Source of the DNA: an uncultured Clostridia bacterium
Lineage (GTDB): Bacteria; Bacillota; Clostridia; TANB77; CAG-508
DNA length: 64,000 nt
Assembly: GCA_934184665.1 (NCBI GenBank)
Contig: CAKPSX010000003.1
Span: 7,806-71,805 of the forward strand
Reading direction: 5' to 3'
Shown piece after piece: positions 30,711-39,307 of this stretch. Below the pieces are notes generated by a model. It was not told the origin of the DNA. It saw only the letters and a program-made list of their open reading frames with translations, and made no database searches. The stretch's first letter is position 1. Each line of letters opens with the position of its first letter. Position numbers and translations under genes: made by a program.

Positions 30711-31847
30711 TCATTTCTTGATACATCTGCTGTTTTTCCGAAGTACTGCCTTTTTATCTTTTATTACTTCTTCCATTTTTTCTTCTAATTTTTTTGTACC
30801 TATTTCTATTGCCTCTTCCTCAGAATATTCATTTGAATTTCTTTCCAATTCATAATTAGTCGTTTTTACTATGGAAATAGGTAAATATAAGTTTGAAAAT
30901 ATTTTTGTTTTTCTATCCTCTTCTATTGTATCATAAATTTCAAATTTTGAAAGTGTTTTATAAAAATTTATTTGAATTTTATTTAATTTTATTCCATATT
31001 TTTCTTCTTTATTACCAGTTCTGACATTTTCATCCTTTTTATAATATATTTTTTCTGTTTCAGCATATTTTACATCTGCTTCAACTTCTCCTAAGCTATG
31101 TACATATCTTATTCCTGTGTACTTTCCTTCCATTGTTCCCTGAATCAGAACTTGCCCTTCTTGAACTTCATCTCCAACTTTTACAAGTGCTGTTCCATTT
31201 TGTGCTATGATTTTAGTAATTGTGCCTGCTTTTTTTGCAATTATATTACTATAGTCTTTTTCATCAATTAATTCTGGTGCCTCTTTTGCTTTTACTATTT
31301 TAACTATTGCATTTGTTCCTTTTAATTTTATACCAATCCATGATATGTCATTTCTTTTTAACCTTATTTTATTCGTTATTTCTTCTGTATTTATATCACT
31401 TTTTTTCATTCCAGTTTCTAAGCCAGCTGATTTTACATCTTCAATTATATTATCCATATTCATATTGTCTTCTATTTGAATTTCTATATTCCATATATAG
31501 TTTGAGCTAACACATAATGCAATAATTATTATTAATAATGAGACCACAAAAACTTTTCTTTTTCTATATTTGTTTATAATAAATGGAACACCTCGTTTTT
31601 TTACTATTTTTATTTTGCATTGTAATTTCTTAGCAACTTTAACAGCTTTGTAATAATCTTGTATTCCAATATTAAGATATAATTTTACACCTTTTTCTCT
31701 TTTTAAATTCCATATTAAGATTTTGCTATTTGTACAAATATTAATAAATCTTTCAATATAATATCCTTCTACAGCTATCCTAACATATCCAAAGAAGTAT
31801 TTTAGCAATACCTTAAATATCATTAGATACCTCCATTCAATCTTCAA
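30711..31847 (-). CDS. yqfD: sporulation protein YqfD, with the 3' end shifted out of frame
   Basis: 378 aa. N-terminal YqfD-like region, a TM, and a position downstream of yqfC. The conserved C-terminal end (EFVEVKVTYDVVENIGMQGRIDI...) is encoded in the +1 frame down to the stop at 30611. Confidence 0.8.
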   Translation of the reverse strand: MKIEWRYLMIFKVLLKYFFGYVRIAVEGYYIERFINICTNSKILIWNLKREKGVKLYLNIGIQDYYKAVKVAKKLQCKIKIVKKRGVPFIINKYRKRKVFVVSLLIIIIALCVSSNYIWNIEIQIEDNMNMDNIIEDVKSAGLETGMKKSDINTEEITNKIRLKRNDISWIGIKLKGTNAIVKIVKAKEAPELIDEKDYSNIIAKKAGTITKIIAQNGTALVKVGDEVQEGQVLIQGTMEGKYTGIRYVHSLGEVEADVKYAETEKIYYKKDENVRTGNKEEKYGIKLNKIQINFYKTLSKFEIYDTIEEDRKTKIFSNLYLPISIVKTTNYELERNSNEYSEEEAIEIGTKKLEEKMEEVIKDKKAVLRKNSRCIKK

Positions 31848-32109
31848 TTCTTTCTAGTTCTATATCGTCAATCTTGCCAGTTATTTTTATATCATCATTT
31901 GTCATTTTTTCTAAATTCAAATTATATCCTTTTATATTAACTATTCCTATGTATGTGTTTATACTAGCAAAATATTCTTCATATTCTAAGATTCCCTTAT
32001 AATTTTCTAATATCAATTCATTAAAGCCTGTTATCGTTAGCTTTGGAATATCAGAATATACTTCTTGTGGTAATTCTAATATATTTTCTAATCGCTTTCT
32101 TTTTTTCAT
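31837..32109 (-). CDS. yqfC: YabP/YqfC-family sporulation protein
   Basis: 90 aa with the YabP-like beta-rich pattern (ITGFNELILENYKGILEY). It overlaps the yqfD start. Confidence 0.8.
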   Translation of the reverse strand: MKKRKRLENILELPQEVYSDIPKLTITGFNELILENYKGILEYEEYFASINTYIGIVNIKGYNLNLEKMTNDDIKITGKIDDIELERIED

Positions 32110-32161
32110 TTTGTATCACATTCCTCTCTTACCTATTGTTTATATTTTTATGTTGACTGTT

Positions 32162-32986
32162 TTATATTTCAAACTCATCAAGTGTTCTAAATTCATATCC
32201 TTGATTTCTCGCTTCTTTTATAATTGCATCTAATACTTCTGAATTGGTTTTTGAGTTAGAATGTAATAACATTATTTCTCCTGAATGTAAATTATCTATT
32301 ATCATCTTTTGAGCTTTTTCTTGGCTTGGTTGTTTTTTCTCATCCCAGTCGCAATATGCAAAACTCCACATTACTGTTTTATATCCCAAGTCTTGACATT
32401 TTTTTAATGTTCTCTCATTGAATTCTCCCTTTGGAGGTCTAATATATCTCATTTCATAATTAAATTTTTCAAATACTGCTTGATGTAATTTCATAATTTC
32501 TGTCTCAATCTCTTCATTTGAAATGCTTGGCATACTTTTATGATTTACAGTATGATTTCCTACAATATGCCCTTCCTCAATCATTCTACCTACCAATTCA
32601 GATGCTGTATTTAAGTAATGAGATGTGATAAAAAATGTGGCTTTTACATTATTCTGTTTTAATACATCTAAGATATTTTCCATATACCCTGCCTCATATC
32701 CTGAATCAAAAGTCAGATATATATTTTTATCAAGCTCTTTACCTAAACATATTCCGCCATTTGCTTCAAGAATCTGCTTGTTTTTGTCTCCTACATCAGG
32801 TCTTTCATGGTTATCGTTTCTTTTTATTCCCCACTCAAGCTTTTGATTTTCACCTGTGTTTGATACAACACTCCTGATGTTTTTACTTCCAATGTCCATT
32901 TGAAATATGCAAATGGAAAAAAGAACCAATATTACACCTGATAAAATTACATTTTTTTCTATATTTCTCTTATATTGATTTTTCAT
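32162..32986 (-). CDS. polysaccharide deacetylase (PdaA-like, NodB domain)
   Basis: 274 aa. Signal anchor followed by NodB motifs (LTFDSGYE, GNHTVNH, LLHS). Confidence 0.85.
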   Translation of the reverse strand: MKNQYKRNIEKNVILSGVILVLFSICIFQMDIGSKNIRSVVSNTGENQKLEWGIKRNDNHERPDVGDKNKQILEANGGICLGKELDKNIYLTFDSGYEAGYMENILDVLKQNNVKATFFITSHYLNTASELVGRMIEEGHIVGNHTVNHKSMPSISNEEIETEIMKLHQAVFEKFNYEMRYIRPPKGEFNERTLKKCQDLGYKTVMWSFAYCDWDEKKQPSQEKAQKMIIDNLHSGEIMLLHSNSKTNSEVLDAIIKEARNQGYEFRTLDEFEI

Positions 32987-33158
32987 TTTTCCTCTCCATT
33001 TCTAGGCTTTCCTGTATGTAGTGTATCCAGATAGCCTATTGACAAGTTTACCATTTTAGTTTATATTTATAATTGTTATATAGTATAATTTAGGCGATTG
33101 TCTAAACTATTATATAATTAAAAAATATATTATATTTATATTAGAAGGATTGATTTTT

Positions 33159-33878
33159 ATGCTTAATTTTGCAATTTGTGATGATAATGAACACATATTG
33201 AACAAAATGTGTTCTTTGTTCGAGTCAGCATTTTCTAAGGGTGATTTTGAAGGCAAAATTGTATTTAAGACTACAGATTGTAATGAAATAGTTGACTATA
33301 TTTCTTCAAATAGAGTTGATGTAGTTGTATTAGATATACAATTTAATAATGTTGACAAAACTGGATTAGATATTGCAGAACAAATTAGAAGAATTAATAA
33401 AAAATGTTACATAATATTTACTACAAGTCATATTGAATATATTATGCAAGCTTATAAATTTAAAACATTTGATTATCTTATTAAAAGTGCTATAACAATT
33501 GATGTGCTTATTGATACTTTACAAAGACTTTATGATGATATCAGTGGTACAACTGTGCAATATGTAAAAATTGACTCCAAAGGTACTATTATAGATGTTA
33601 ATGATATTCAGTTTATCGAAAAAGATGGAATGAGACTTGTTTATCATACAACTTTTAGTAAGTATGAAGTTTATACTTCGTTTTCTAAAATTCAAGATAA
33701 ACTACCAAAACATTTTGTACGTTGTCATAAATCATATATAGCTAATATTAAAAATATTTCAAGTATTGCTATTGCTGATAATTTAATAACATTCAAAAAT
33801 AATGAGGTTTGCTACATCGGACCTAAATATAAAGACGCATTTATGGAGGTGTTTAGACATGACACAATTTTTGAATAA
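33159..33878 (+). CDS. agrA: LytTR-family response regulator (AgrA-like)
   Basis: Receiver domain (ICDDN, LDIQF) and a C-terminal LytTR DNA-binding domain (FVRCHKSYIANI). The start is set at the ATG 9 nt after GAAGGA. Confidence 0.85.
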   Translation: MLNFAICDDNEHILNKMCSLFESAFSKGDFEGKIVFKTTDCNEIVDYISSNRVDVVVLDIQFNNVDKTGLDIAEQIRRINKKCYIIFTTSHIEYIMQAYKFKTFDYLIKSAITIDVLIDTLQRLYDDISGTTVQYVKIDSKGTIIDVNDIQFIEKDGMRLVYHTTFSKYEVYTSFSKIQDKLPKHFVRCHKSYIANIKNISSIAIADNLITFKNNEVCYIGPKYKDAFMEVFRHDTIFE

Positions 33879-35235
33879 TATTTGGACTTTTTTGAATACA
33901 GAGAATGCTGAATTTCTAGACTATCTTGGATTAATTATGATTCCAATTGAAAACTACATACTAATGAGTTTATTCTTAATTGTTCTTAACATAAAATCTA
34001 ATAGAAATAAAAGACTAGGTTATGTACTACTTATGTCATTATTAAGTATTCTTACATCTATGTGTATTCCATCACCTTATAACATAATTATAAATTATAT
34101 TGGTATGATTTTATTAATTAAAGTGTTGTTTGAATTGACATTTCTAAAAAGTTTCATCTCTTTGTTAATATCTATATTTATATTTGGATTATGTAATATG
34201 CTTATTCAAAATCCTTATTTAACATTATTGCATATCAGCCAAGATGACTTTATGGTAACACCAATATATCGTATCACATATCTATTTGTTTTATATTCAT
34301 TTGCATTTATTGTATGTATATTGTTGAAAAAGTTTAAAAAAGTAAAATTAACTTTAGACTTAATTGACACATTAGATAAGAAAACTAGAACTATCTTGTT
34401 AATGAATTTGATTACAGGTTTTTTAACATTATGTATTCAATTAGTAGTTACTGCATTTTATATTGATATAGTTCCACTGACTATTACTTTATTGAGTTTC
34501 ATATTATTAATAGCATTTCTCATCTTAAGTATTTACAGTTTTTCGCGTATTGTTAAACTTGCTATAACAAAAAGAAATTTACAAAATGCTGAAGATTATA
34601 ATAAATCATTACAACAATTATATGATAAAGTAAAAGGTTTTAAACATGATTTTGAAAGTATGGTATTTACTCTTGGTGGATATCTTGATAATAATGACTT
34701 AGCTGGTGCTAAATCTTATTTTGAAGATATGAAAAAAGATTGTAAATTCACAAGTAATTTATCTGTATTAAACCCAAAGATAATTAATAATCCTGGTATT
34801 TATAGTCTTTTAAATAATTTATATACAAAAGCTGTCAAACAAGATATAGATATAAGTATAAAAAGCTTTTTAGATTTATCTGATTTAAAAGTAAATGCTT
34901 ATGAATTTTCAAGAATTCTTGGTATATTAATAGATAATGCAATTGAAGCATCTGCAATATGTGATGATAAAATTGTAAAAGTAATTTTTAGAAGAGAACC
35001 AGCACATAATAAAAGTATTGTAATTATAGAAAATACATATTCTAATAAAGATGTTGATTTAACAGAAATATTTAAGAAAGGCTTTTCTGAAAAATCAAAA
35101 CATTCTGGTATTGGATTATGGGAAGTCCAAAAATATGTATCTAAAACTCAAAATCTAAATTTAGTTACTACTAAAAATAACAGATTTTTTACACAAAAAT
35201 TAGAAATTTATGATGAAGTCGAAAATTTATTTTAA
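33859..35235 (+). CDS. agrC: AgrC-like HPK10 sensor histidine kinase
   Basis: Six to seven N-terminal TM segments, H-box FKHDFESM, and GHKL ATPase motifs (IDNAIEAS, SGIGLWEV). The start is at the ATG after GGAGG and overlaps the regulator stop by 20 nt. Confidence 0.85.
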   Translation: MTQFLNNIWTFLNTENAEFLDYLGLIMIPIENYILMSLFLIVLNIKSNRNKRLGYVLLMSLLSILTSMCIPSPYNIIINYIGMILLIKVLFELTFLKSFISLLISIFIFGLCNMLIQNPYLTLLHISQDDFMVTPIYRITYLFVLYSFAFIVCILLKKFKKVKLTLDLIDTLDKKTRTILLMNLITGFLTLCIQLVVTAFYIDIVPLTITLLSFILLIAFLILSIYSFSRIVKLAITKRNLQNAEDYNKSLQQLYDKVKGFKHDFESMVFTLGGYLDNNDLAGAKSYFEDMKKDCKFTSNLSVLNPKIINNPGIYSLLNNLYTKAVKQDIDISIKSFLDLSDLKVNAYEFSRILGILIDNAIEASAICDDKIVKVIFRREPAHNKSIVIIENTYSNKDVDLTEIFKKGFSEKSKHSGIGLWEVQKYVSKTQNLNLVTTKNNRFFTQKLEIYDEVENLF

Positions 35236-35236
35236 T

Positions 35237-35269
35237 ATCCTCTAAATTTAATTAGAGGATATTTTATTT
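35237..35269 (+). terminator. terminator of the regulator-kinase operon
   Basis: ATCCTCTAA-atttaa-TTAGAGGAT followed by ATTTTATTT. Confidence 0.7.
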
Positions 35270-35288
35270 CATAAATGTATAAGACTTT

Positions 35289-35325
35289 AAAAAGGAACTT
35301 CTACAAAATGTAGAAATTCCTTTTC
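35289..35325. terminator. bidirectional terminator serving agrD from the minus strand
   Basis: AAAGGAACTTCTACA-aaa-TGTAGAAATTCCTTT with one mismatch. T-runs follow on both strands. Confidence 0.7.
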
Positions 35326-35383
35326 GAATTGAATTTATAATATTTAAGTAAACTTAATTACTTACAACGTTAATTAAAATGGA

Positions 35384-35503
35384 TTAATCCTTTTTTATTA
35401 ATGATGCTGGCATCTTTGGTTGATGTCCCCACCAAGCTACATAACATGCTGTATTTGTTGACTTTGCGTATTTTTCTGAAACCTTTACTAAGAATTTTAA
35501 CAT
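35384..35503 (-). CDS. agrD: AgrD autoinducing-peptide precursor (not in the ORF track)
   Basis: 39-aa ORF MLKFLVKVSEKYAKSTNTACYVAWWGHQPKMPASLIKKD, starting 8 nt after AGGAGG and 74 nt downstream of agrB. It has a single Cys followed by a hydrophobic stretch and an HQP...P..L tail, similar to clostridial AgrD. Confidence 0.7.
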   Translation of the reverse strand: MLKFLVKVSEKYAKSTNTACYVAWWGHQPKMPASLIKKD

Positions 35504-35577
35504 AAATAATTCCTCCTTCTTTGGTTCAAATTATATAACATAAAAATATTTCCGGATTATATTTTTATATTAGGCAT

Positions 35578-36198
35578 TTATCCATTTGCATATACTTCAT
35601 ATCCATATTTATTATCAGTAATTTTATATGCAAATTTGGTAATTGTTATTGTTTGAAATAAATCTCCAAATATTATAATTGATGTAATTACTGGGTTATT
35701 TATCACAAGTGCAATAGTAATTTCTGCCGTCAAAATTATATACGAGAATATTCTTTTTTGTTTTCTGTCTTTTTCTCTAAGTATTGGTACATTTTCAGTG
35801 TCAGCGGGTGCATACATTTTTAACATTAGCATCCCAAAAATCCAAACGCTCATTCCAAATATGTATTTAGTTAATCCCATTAGTATAAAATTTTTTCCTA
35901 TCATAGCGGCTCCACTATACAAAATCAATGTATATATTATACAGCCTATATGTGTTTTCATATGTACGCCACCAGAAAAGCATCTATATGGAGCTATAAT
36001 AAGCATTGCTATTAAGGTCAATTTAAATATACCTAAAAAATATGCTATAAGTAAAATAATGATTCCTTTTGGTAATTCTCCTATAATATTTTGGAGTCCA
36101 TACATTATTATTTCTGCTCTTTCGTCATCAATTTCTGGCATTTCTTGTCTCATTCTCTTGAGTAGTAATGTGCAGACTTTATCAATCATTTCCATCAC
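35578..36198 (-). CDS. agrB: AgrB accessory gene regulator (AIP-processing membrane protease)
   Basis: 206 aa, multi-TM, with the AgrB-family motif region YRCFSGGVHMKTHIGC. Confidence 0.88.
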   Translation of the reverse strand: MMEMIDKVCTLLLKRMRQEMPEIDDERAEIIMYGLQNIIGELPKGIIILLIAYFLGIFKLTLIAMLIIAPYRCFSGGVHMKTHIGCIIYTLILYSGAAMIGKNFILMGLTKYIFGMSVWIFGMLMLKMYAPADTENVPILREKDRKQKRIFSYIILTAEITIALVINNPVITSIIIFGDLFQTITITKFAYKITDNKYGYEVYANG

Positions 36199-36301
36199 CT
36201 CATCTCTTCCTGAGTACAGTTATAATTTACCATGAAATTTTAAAATATGTTCACTTTGTTTATGAAAAGTCCATTTTTATATACAAAAAGTTGTAATTTT
36301 A

Positions 36302-36331
36302 AATTTCGTATATGAATTATGCATTTTCGTA
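36302..36331 (-). promoter_or_regulatory. candidate LytTR (AgrA-type) direct-repeat binding site upstream of agrB
   Basis: On the minus strand, TACGAAAAT-N12-TACGAAATT gives a 21-bp repeat period. A TATATA/TATAAA -10-like element follows downstream. Confidence 0.5.
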
Positions 36332-36382
36332 AAATCGTTTTTTGTCTGTTTTTGTATAATTTTGTAAAGCATTAATTCAATA

Positions 36383-36431
36383 TACATAAAATGTGACTAT
36401 AGAAATTATCAAAAATAACTTCTATAGTCAC
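36383..36431 (-). terminator. terminator after rluA
   Basis: GTGACTATAGAA ... TTCTATAGTCAC 12-bp stem, followed on the minus strand by ATTTTAT. Confidence 0.65.
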
Positions 36432-36460
36432 ATTCTTTTAAATATTCTAATTACAATATT

Positions 36461-37147
36461 TTATATATTAACATCTCTTATAATACACCATGTTCCATTA
36501 CTCTTAGGTAAGCATTTAAAAGTAAGTTCCTCTTTTGTTACAGGATGTTGAATAGTAAGCTCATATGCCCATAAAGCAATCTGTTTGCCCTTCCCTCTAC
36601 TGCCATATTTTTGATCTCCAAAAATGCTATGTCCTGAATTAGCTAATTGAACTCGTATTTGATGATGTCTACCTGTATGAAGATTTACTTTAACCAAAGA
36701 TAGGTTTTTTACTTCATTATATGCAAGAACTTCATAATCAAGTTTTGCCAATTTGGCATTTTTCTTATCTTTACTAACAACCTTGCTCATATTATTTCTT
36801 TCATCTTTATACAAATAGTCCTCTAATACTCCATTTTTATTTTCAAACTTTCCATCAACAACTGCTAAATATTTCTTTTTAAAAACTTTTTCTCTAACTT
36901 GATTGCTTAATCTTGAGGCAGCTTTTGATGTTTTAGCAAATACCATAACACCTCCAACTGGTCTATCAAGTCTGTGAACCAATCCTAAATAAACATTACC
37001 TGGTTTATCATATTTTTCTTTGAGATATTGCTTTATTATTGTAAGCATGTCTAAATCTTCTGTTTTATCAGCCTGTGATGGAATATTAGGTTCTTTTTTT
37101 ACAACAATTATATGATTATCTTCATATAATATCTCTAATTTATTCAT
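36461..37147 (-). CDS. RluA-family pseudouridine synthase
   Basis: Catalytic motif HRLDRPVGGVMVFAK and the HQIRVQL motif. The start is set at MNKLEILYEDNHIIVV, immediately after the upstream gene's stop. Confidence 0.88.
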   Translation of the reverse strand: MNKLEILYEDNHIIVVKKEPNIPSQADKTEDLDMLTIIKQYLKEKYDKPGNVYLGLVHRLDRPVGGVMVFAKTSKAASRLSNQVREKVFKKKYLAVVDGKFENKNGVLEDYLYKDERNNMSKVVSKDKKNAKLAKLDYEVLAYNEVKNLSLVKVNLHTGRHHQIRVQLANSGHSIFGDQKYGSRGKGKQIALWAYELTIQHPVTKEELTFKCLPKSNGTWCIIRDVNI

Positions 37148-37148
37148 T

Positions 37149-38012
37149 TTAGTTCTCCCATCTTCCATAAATTCCACATGGTAATATAAGTTTTGATTCT
37201 TCCATTGGTAAACCAATTTCTCCTGATGATAATTTACCTTTATACTTTTTATTTACAGTTAAAGTTAATATATTTTCTAATACTTTGCTTGATATTCCTG
37301 TTGTATATGAATTTATCAAAAAGAATAATGGATTATCAGATAACACTTTGGAACATAATTCTACTAAGTCATAAATATTATTTTCAAACTGCCATACTTC
37401 TCCATTTGCCCCTCTACCATATGATGGCGGATCCATTATTATTGCATCATATTTATTTCCTCTACGAATTTCTCTATTTACAAACTTTACAACATCATCG
37501 ACAATATATCTTACAGGTCTTTCTTCAAGTCCTGAAGATTTAATGTTTTCTTTTGCCCATGATACCATTCCTTTTGAACTATCAACATGGCATACTGATG
37601 CACCAGCAGAGCTACATGCAACTGTTGCGCCACCTGTATATGCAAATAAATTTAATACTTTTATTTCTCTACTAGATTTTTTTATTTTATCTATCATCCA
37701 ATCCCAGTTAACAGCTTGTTCAGGAAATAATCCTGTATGTTTAAATCCCATTGGCTTTATATTAAATGTTAAATTTTTATATTTTATTTGCCATTGTTGT
37801 GGCATTTTTTTATTAAACTCCCATGAGCCTCCACCTGTTTTACTTCTATAATATACTGCATTTATGTTTTTCCATTTATTAGGATATGATTTATCTTTCC
37901 ATATTATTTGAGAATCTGGTCTTGATAAAATTACATCTCCCCATCTTTCTAATTTTTGTCCATCTGCCATGTCTAAAATTTTATAATCTTTCCATTCACT
38001 TGCTATATTCAT
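37149..38012 (-). CDS. class I SAM-dependent methyltransferase (RlmI/YwbD-like)
   Basis: 287 aa with SAM-binding motif I (VLNLFAYTGGATVA) and motif IV (IIMDPPSYG). Confidence 0.8.
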   Translation of the reverse strand: MNIASEWKDYKILDMADGQKLERWGDVILSRPDSQIIWKDKSYPNKWKNINAVYYRSKTGGGSWEFNKKMPQQWQIKYKNLTFNIKPMGFKHTGLFPEQAVNWDWMIDKIKKSSREIKVLNLFAYTGGATVACSSAGASVCHVDSSKGMVSWAKENIKSSGLEERPVRYIVDDVVKFVNREIRRGNKYDAIIMDPPSYGRGANGEVWQFENNIYDLVELCSKVLSDNPLFFLINSYTTGISSKVLENILTLTVNKKYKGKLSSGEIGLPMEESKLILPCGIYGRWEN

Positions 38013-38144
38013 TTTTTGTTCCTTTCACTAATAAAATCTACTTTTCTATTATACACCAAAAAAGATATGTTTTCCATATCTTTTTCTTCTTTTTATCTGA
38101 TTTTCTAATTTAAGCATAAATTTTTATTTTTCCTTAAATTAACA

Positions 38145-38996
38145 TTACTGTTTAATCATTTTTATTTGTTTTCTAGCTTGCTCGTATCCAATCTGATATA
38201 ATTCATAAATTTTACTAGAATCTAACAAAGATACCTTTTCTAAATGAATTTTTATTTCTTTATCAATTCCAGCTTTTTCATAAACATATAATTCTCTTCC
38301 TTGTAGCTCCATAGCTCTTGCAGCAACATCTATTAAATTATTACAACATTCTTGACTTTTATATACTGTTTCAAATGAAATTCCATAAACCTCATCTGCT
38401 CCTATTTGTTTTAATGGCTTCCATGGTAAATTTTCACGTGTTCCACCATCTATCAGTTGTAAGCCCATATATTCACATGGAGAAAATACAACTGGAAAAC
38501 TGCAACTAGCTCTAATAGCAGTTTCTATTGGAATATCTGTTATAAATACTGTATCATCTAAAAGTGAGCTCCTTTGCTCTTTTGAAGATGCAATATATAC
38601 TGTTCCATTTTGTAAATCTACCATTGATATTGCCAATGGCATTTCTATTTCATCAATTCTATTTATTCCTTTTTCTTTGCAAATGTCTCTCATTATTTTT
38701 TCGACAACTTTTCCACTATTTAAGCCATCAATTATTATTCGTCTTTGAAATATTAATCCAAAAATCATTTTAAAGACATTTCTCCAATCAGCATATTTTA
38801 TTTTTCTACAATAAACTTGGAACATATCCCACATTTCATCACTATTATAACCTAATGCATACATAGTGGCAATTATACTTCCAGATGATGCACCTGAAAC
38901 GCAATCAAACTTTATGTTTTTTTCTTCAAATGCTTTTAATGCACCAATATGTGCCGCTGCTTTTATTCCACCGCCAGCTAAGCATAAACCTTTCAT
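38145..38996 (-). CDS. patatin-like phospholipase
   Basis: 283 aa with the oxyanion GGGIKAAAH, the nucleophile elbow GASSGS, and a DGG catalytic Asp motif. Confidence 0.88.
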   Translation of the reverse strand: MKGLCLAGGGIKAAAHIGALKAFEEKNIKFDCVSGASSGSIIATMYALGYNSDEMWDMFQVYCRKIKYADWRNVFKMIFGLIFQRRIIIDGLNSGKVVEKIMRDICKEKGINRIDEIEMPLAISMVDLQNGTVYIASSKEQRSSLLDDTVFITDIPIETAIRASCSFPVVFSPCEYMGLQLIDGGTRENLPWKPLKQIGADEVYGISFETVYKSQECCNNLIDVAARAMELQGRELYVYEKAGIDKEIKIHLEKVSLLDSSKIYELYQIGYEQARKQIKMIKQ

Positions 38997-39028
38997 AGTA
39001 TCACCCTACTACTAGTTTATGCAAAGTT

Positions 39029-39148
39029 TTATATTATTGATATACCTATTTTTATTAATTGATAAATCATAAAAAAATTAGCTCCTGTTAAAATAACAAA
39101 AGAAAATACTGCAAATGAAAACAGTTTGTGCTTTTTTAAAAACTTCAT
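39029..39148 (-). CDS. small hydrophobic peptide (39 aa), unannotated
   Basis: MKFLKKHKLFSFAVFSFVILTGANFFMIYQLIKIGISII. SD GAAGGGGA lies 10 nt upstream. The ORF ends 32 nt before the patatin start on the same strand. Confidence 0.35.
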   Translation of the reverse strand: MKFLKKHKLFSFAVFSFVILTGANFFMIYQLIKIGISII

Positions 39149-39307
39149 ATATAATCAATCCCCTTCTTGGAAAATTTTATATCAGGAAATTTATCTATCT
39201 TCCTGACACTTTTTTCCTATATGCTTGTCCAATAATATATATATTAATTTTTTTTAAATTTATTCTTATTTCTTTAAAGTTTTCATCGCAATATTTTACA
39301 TATTTTC

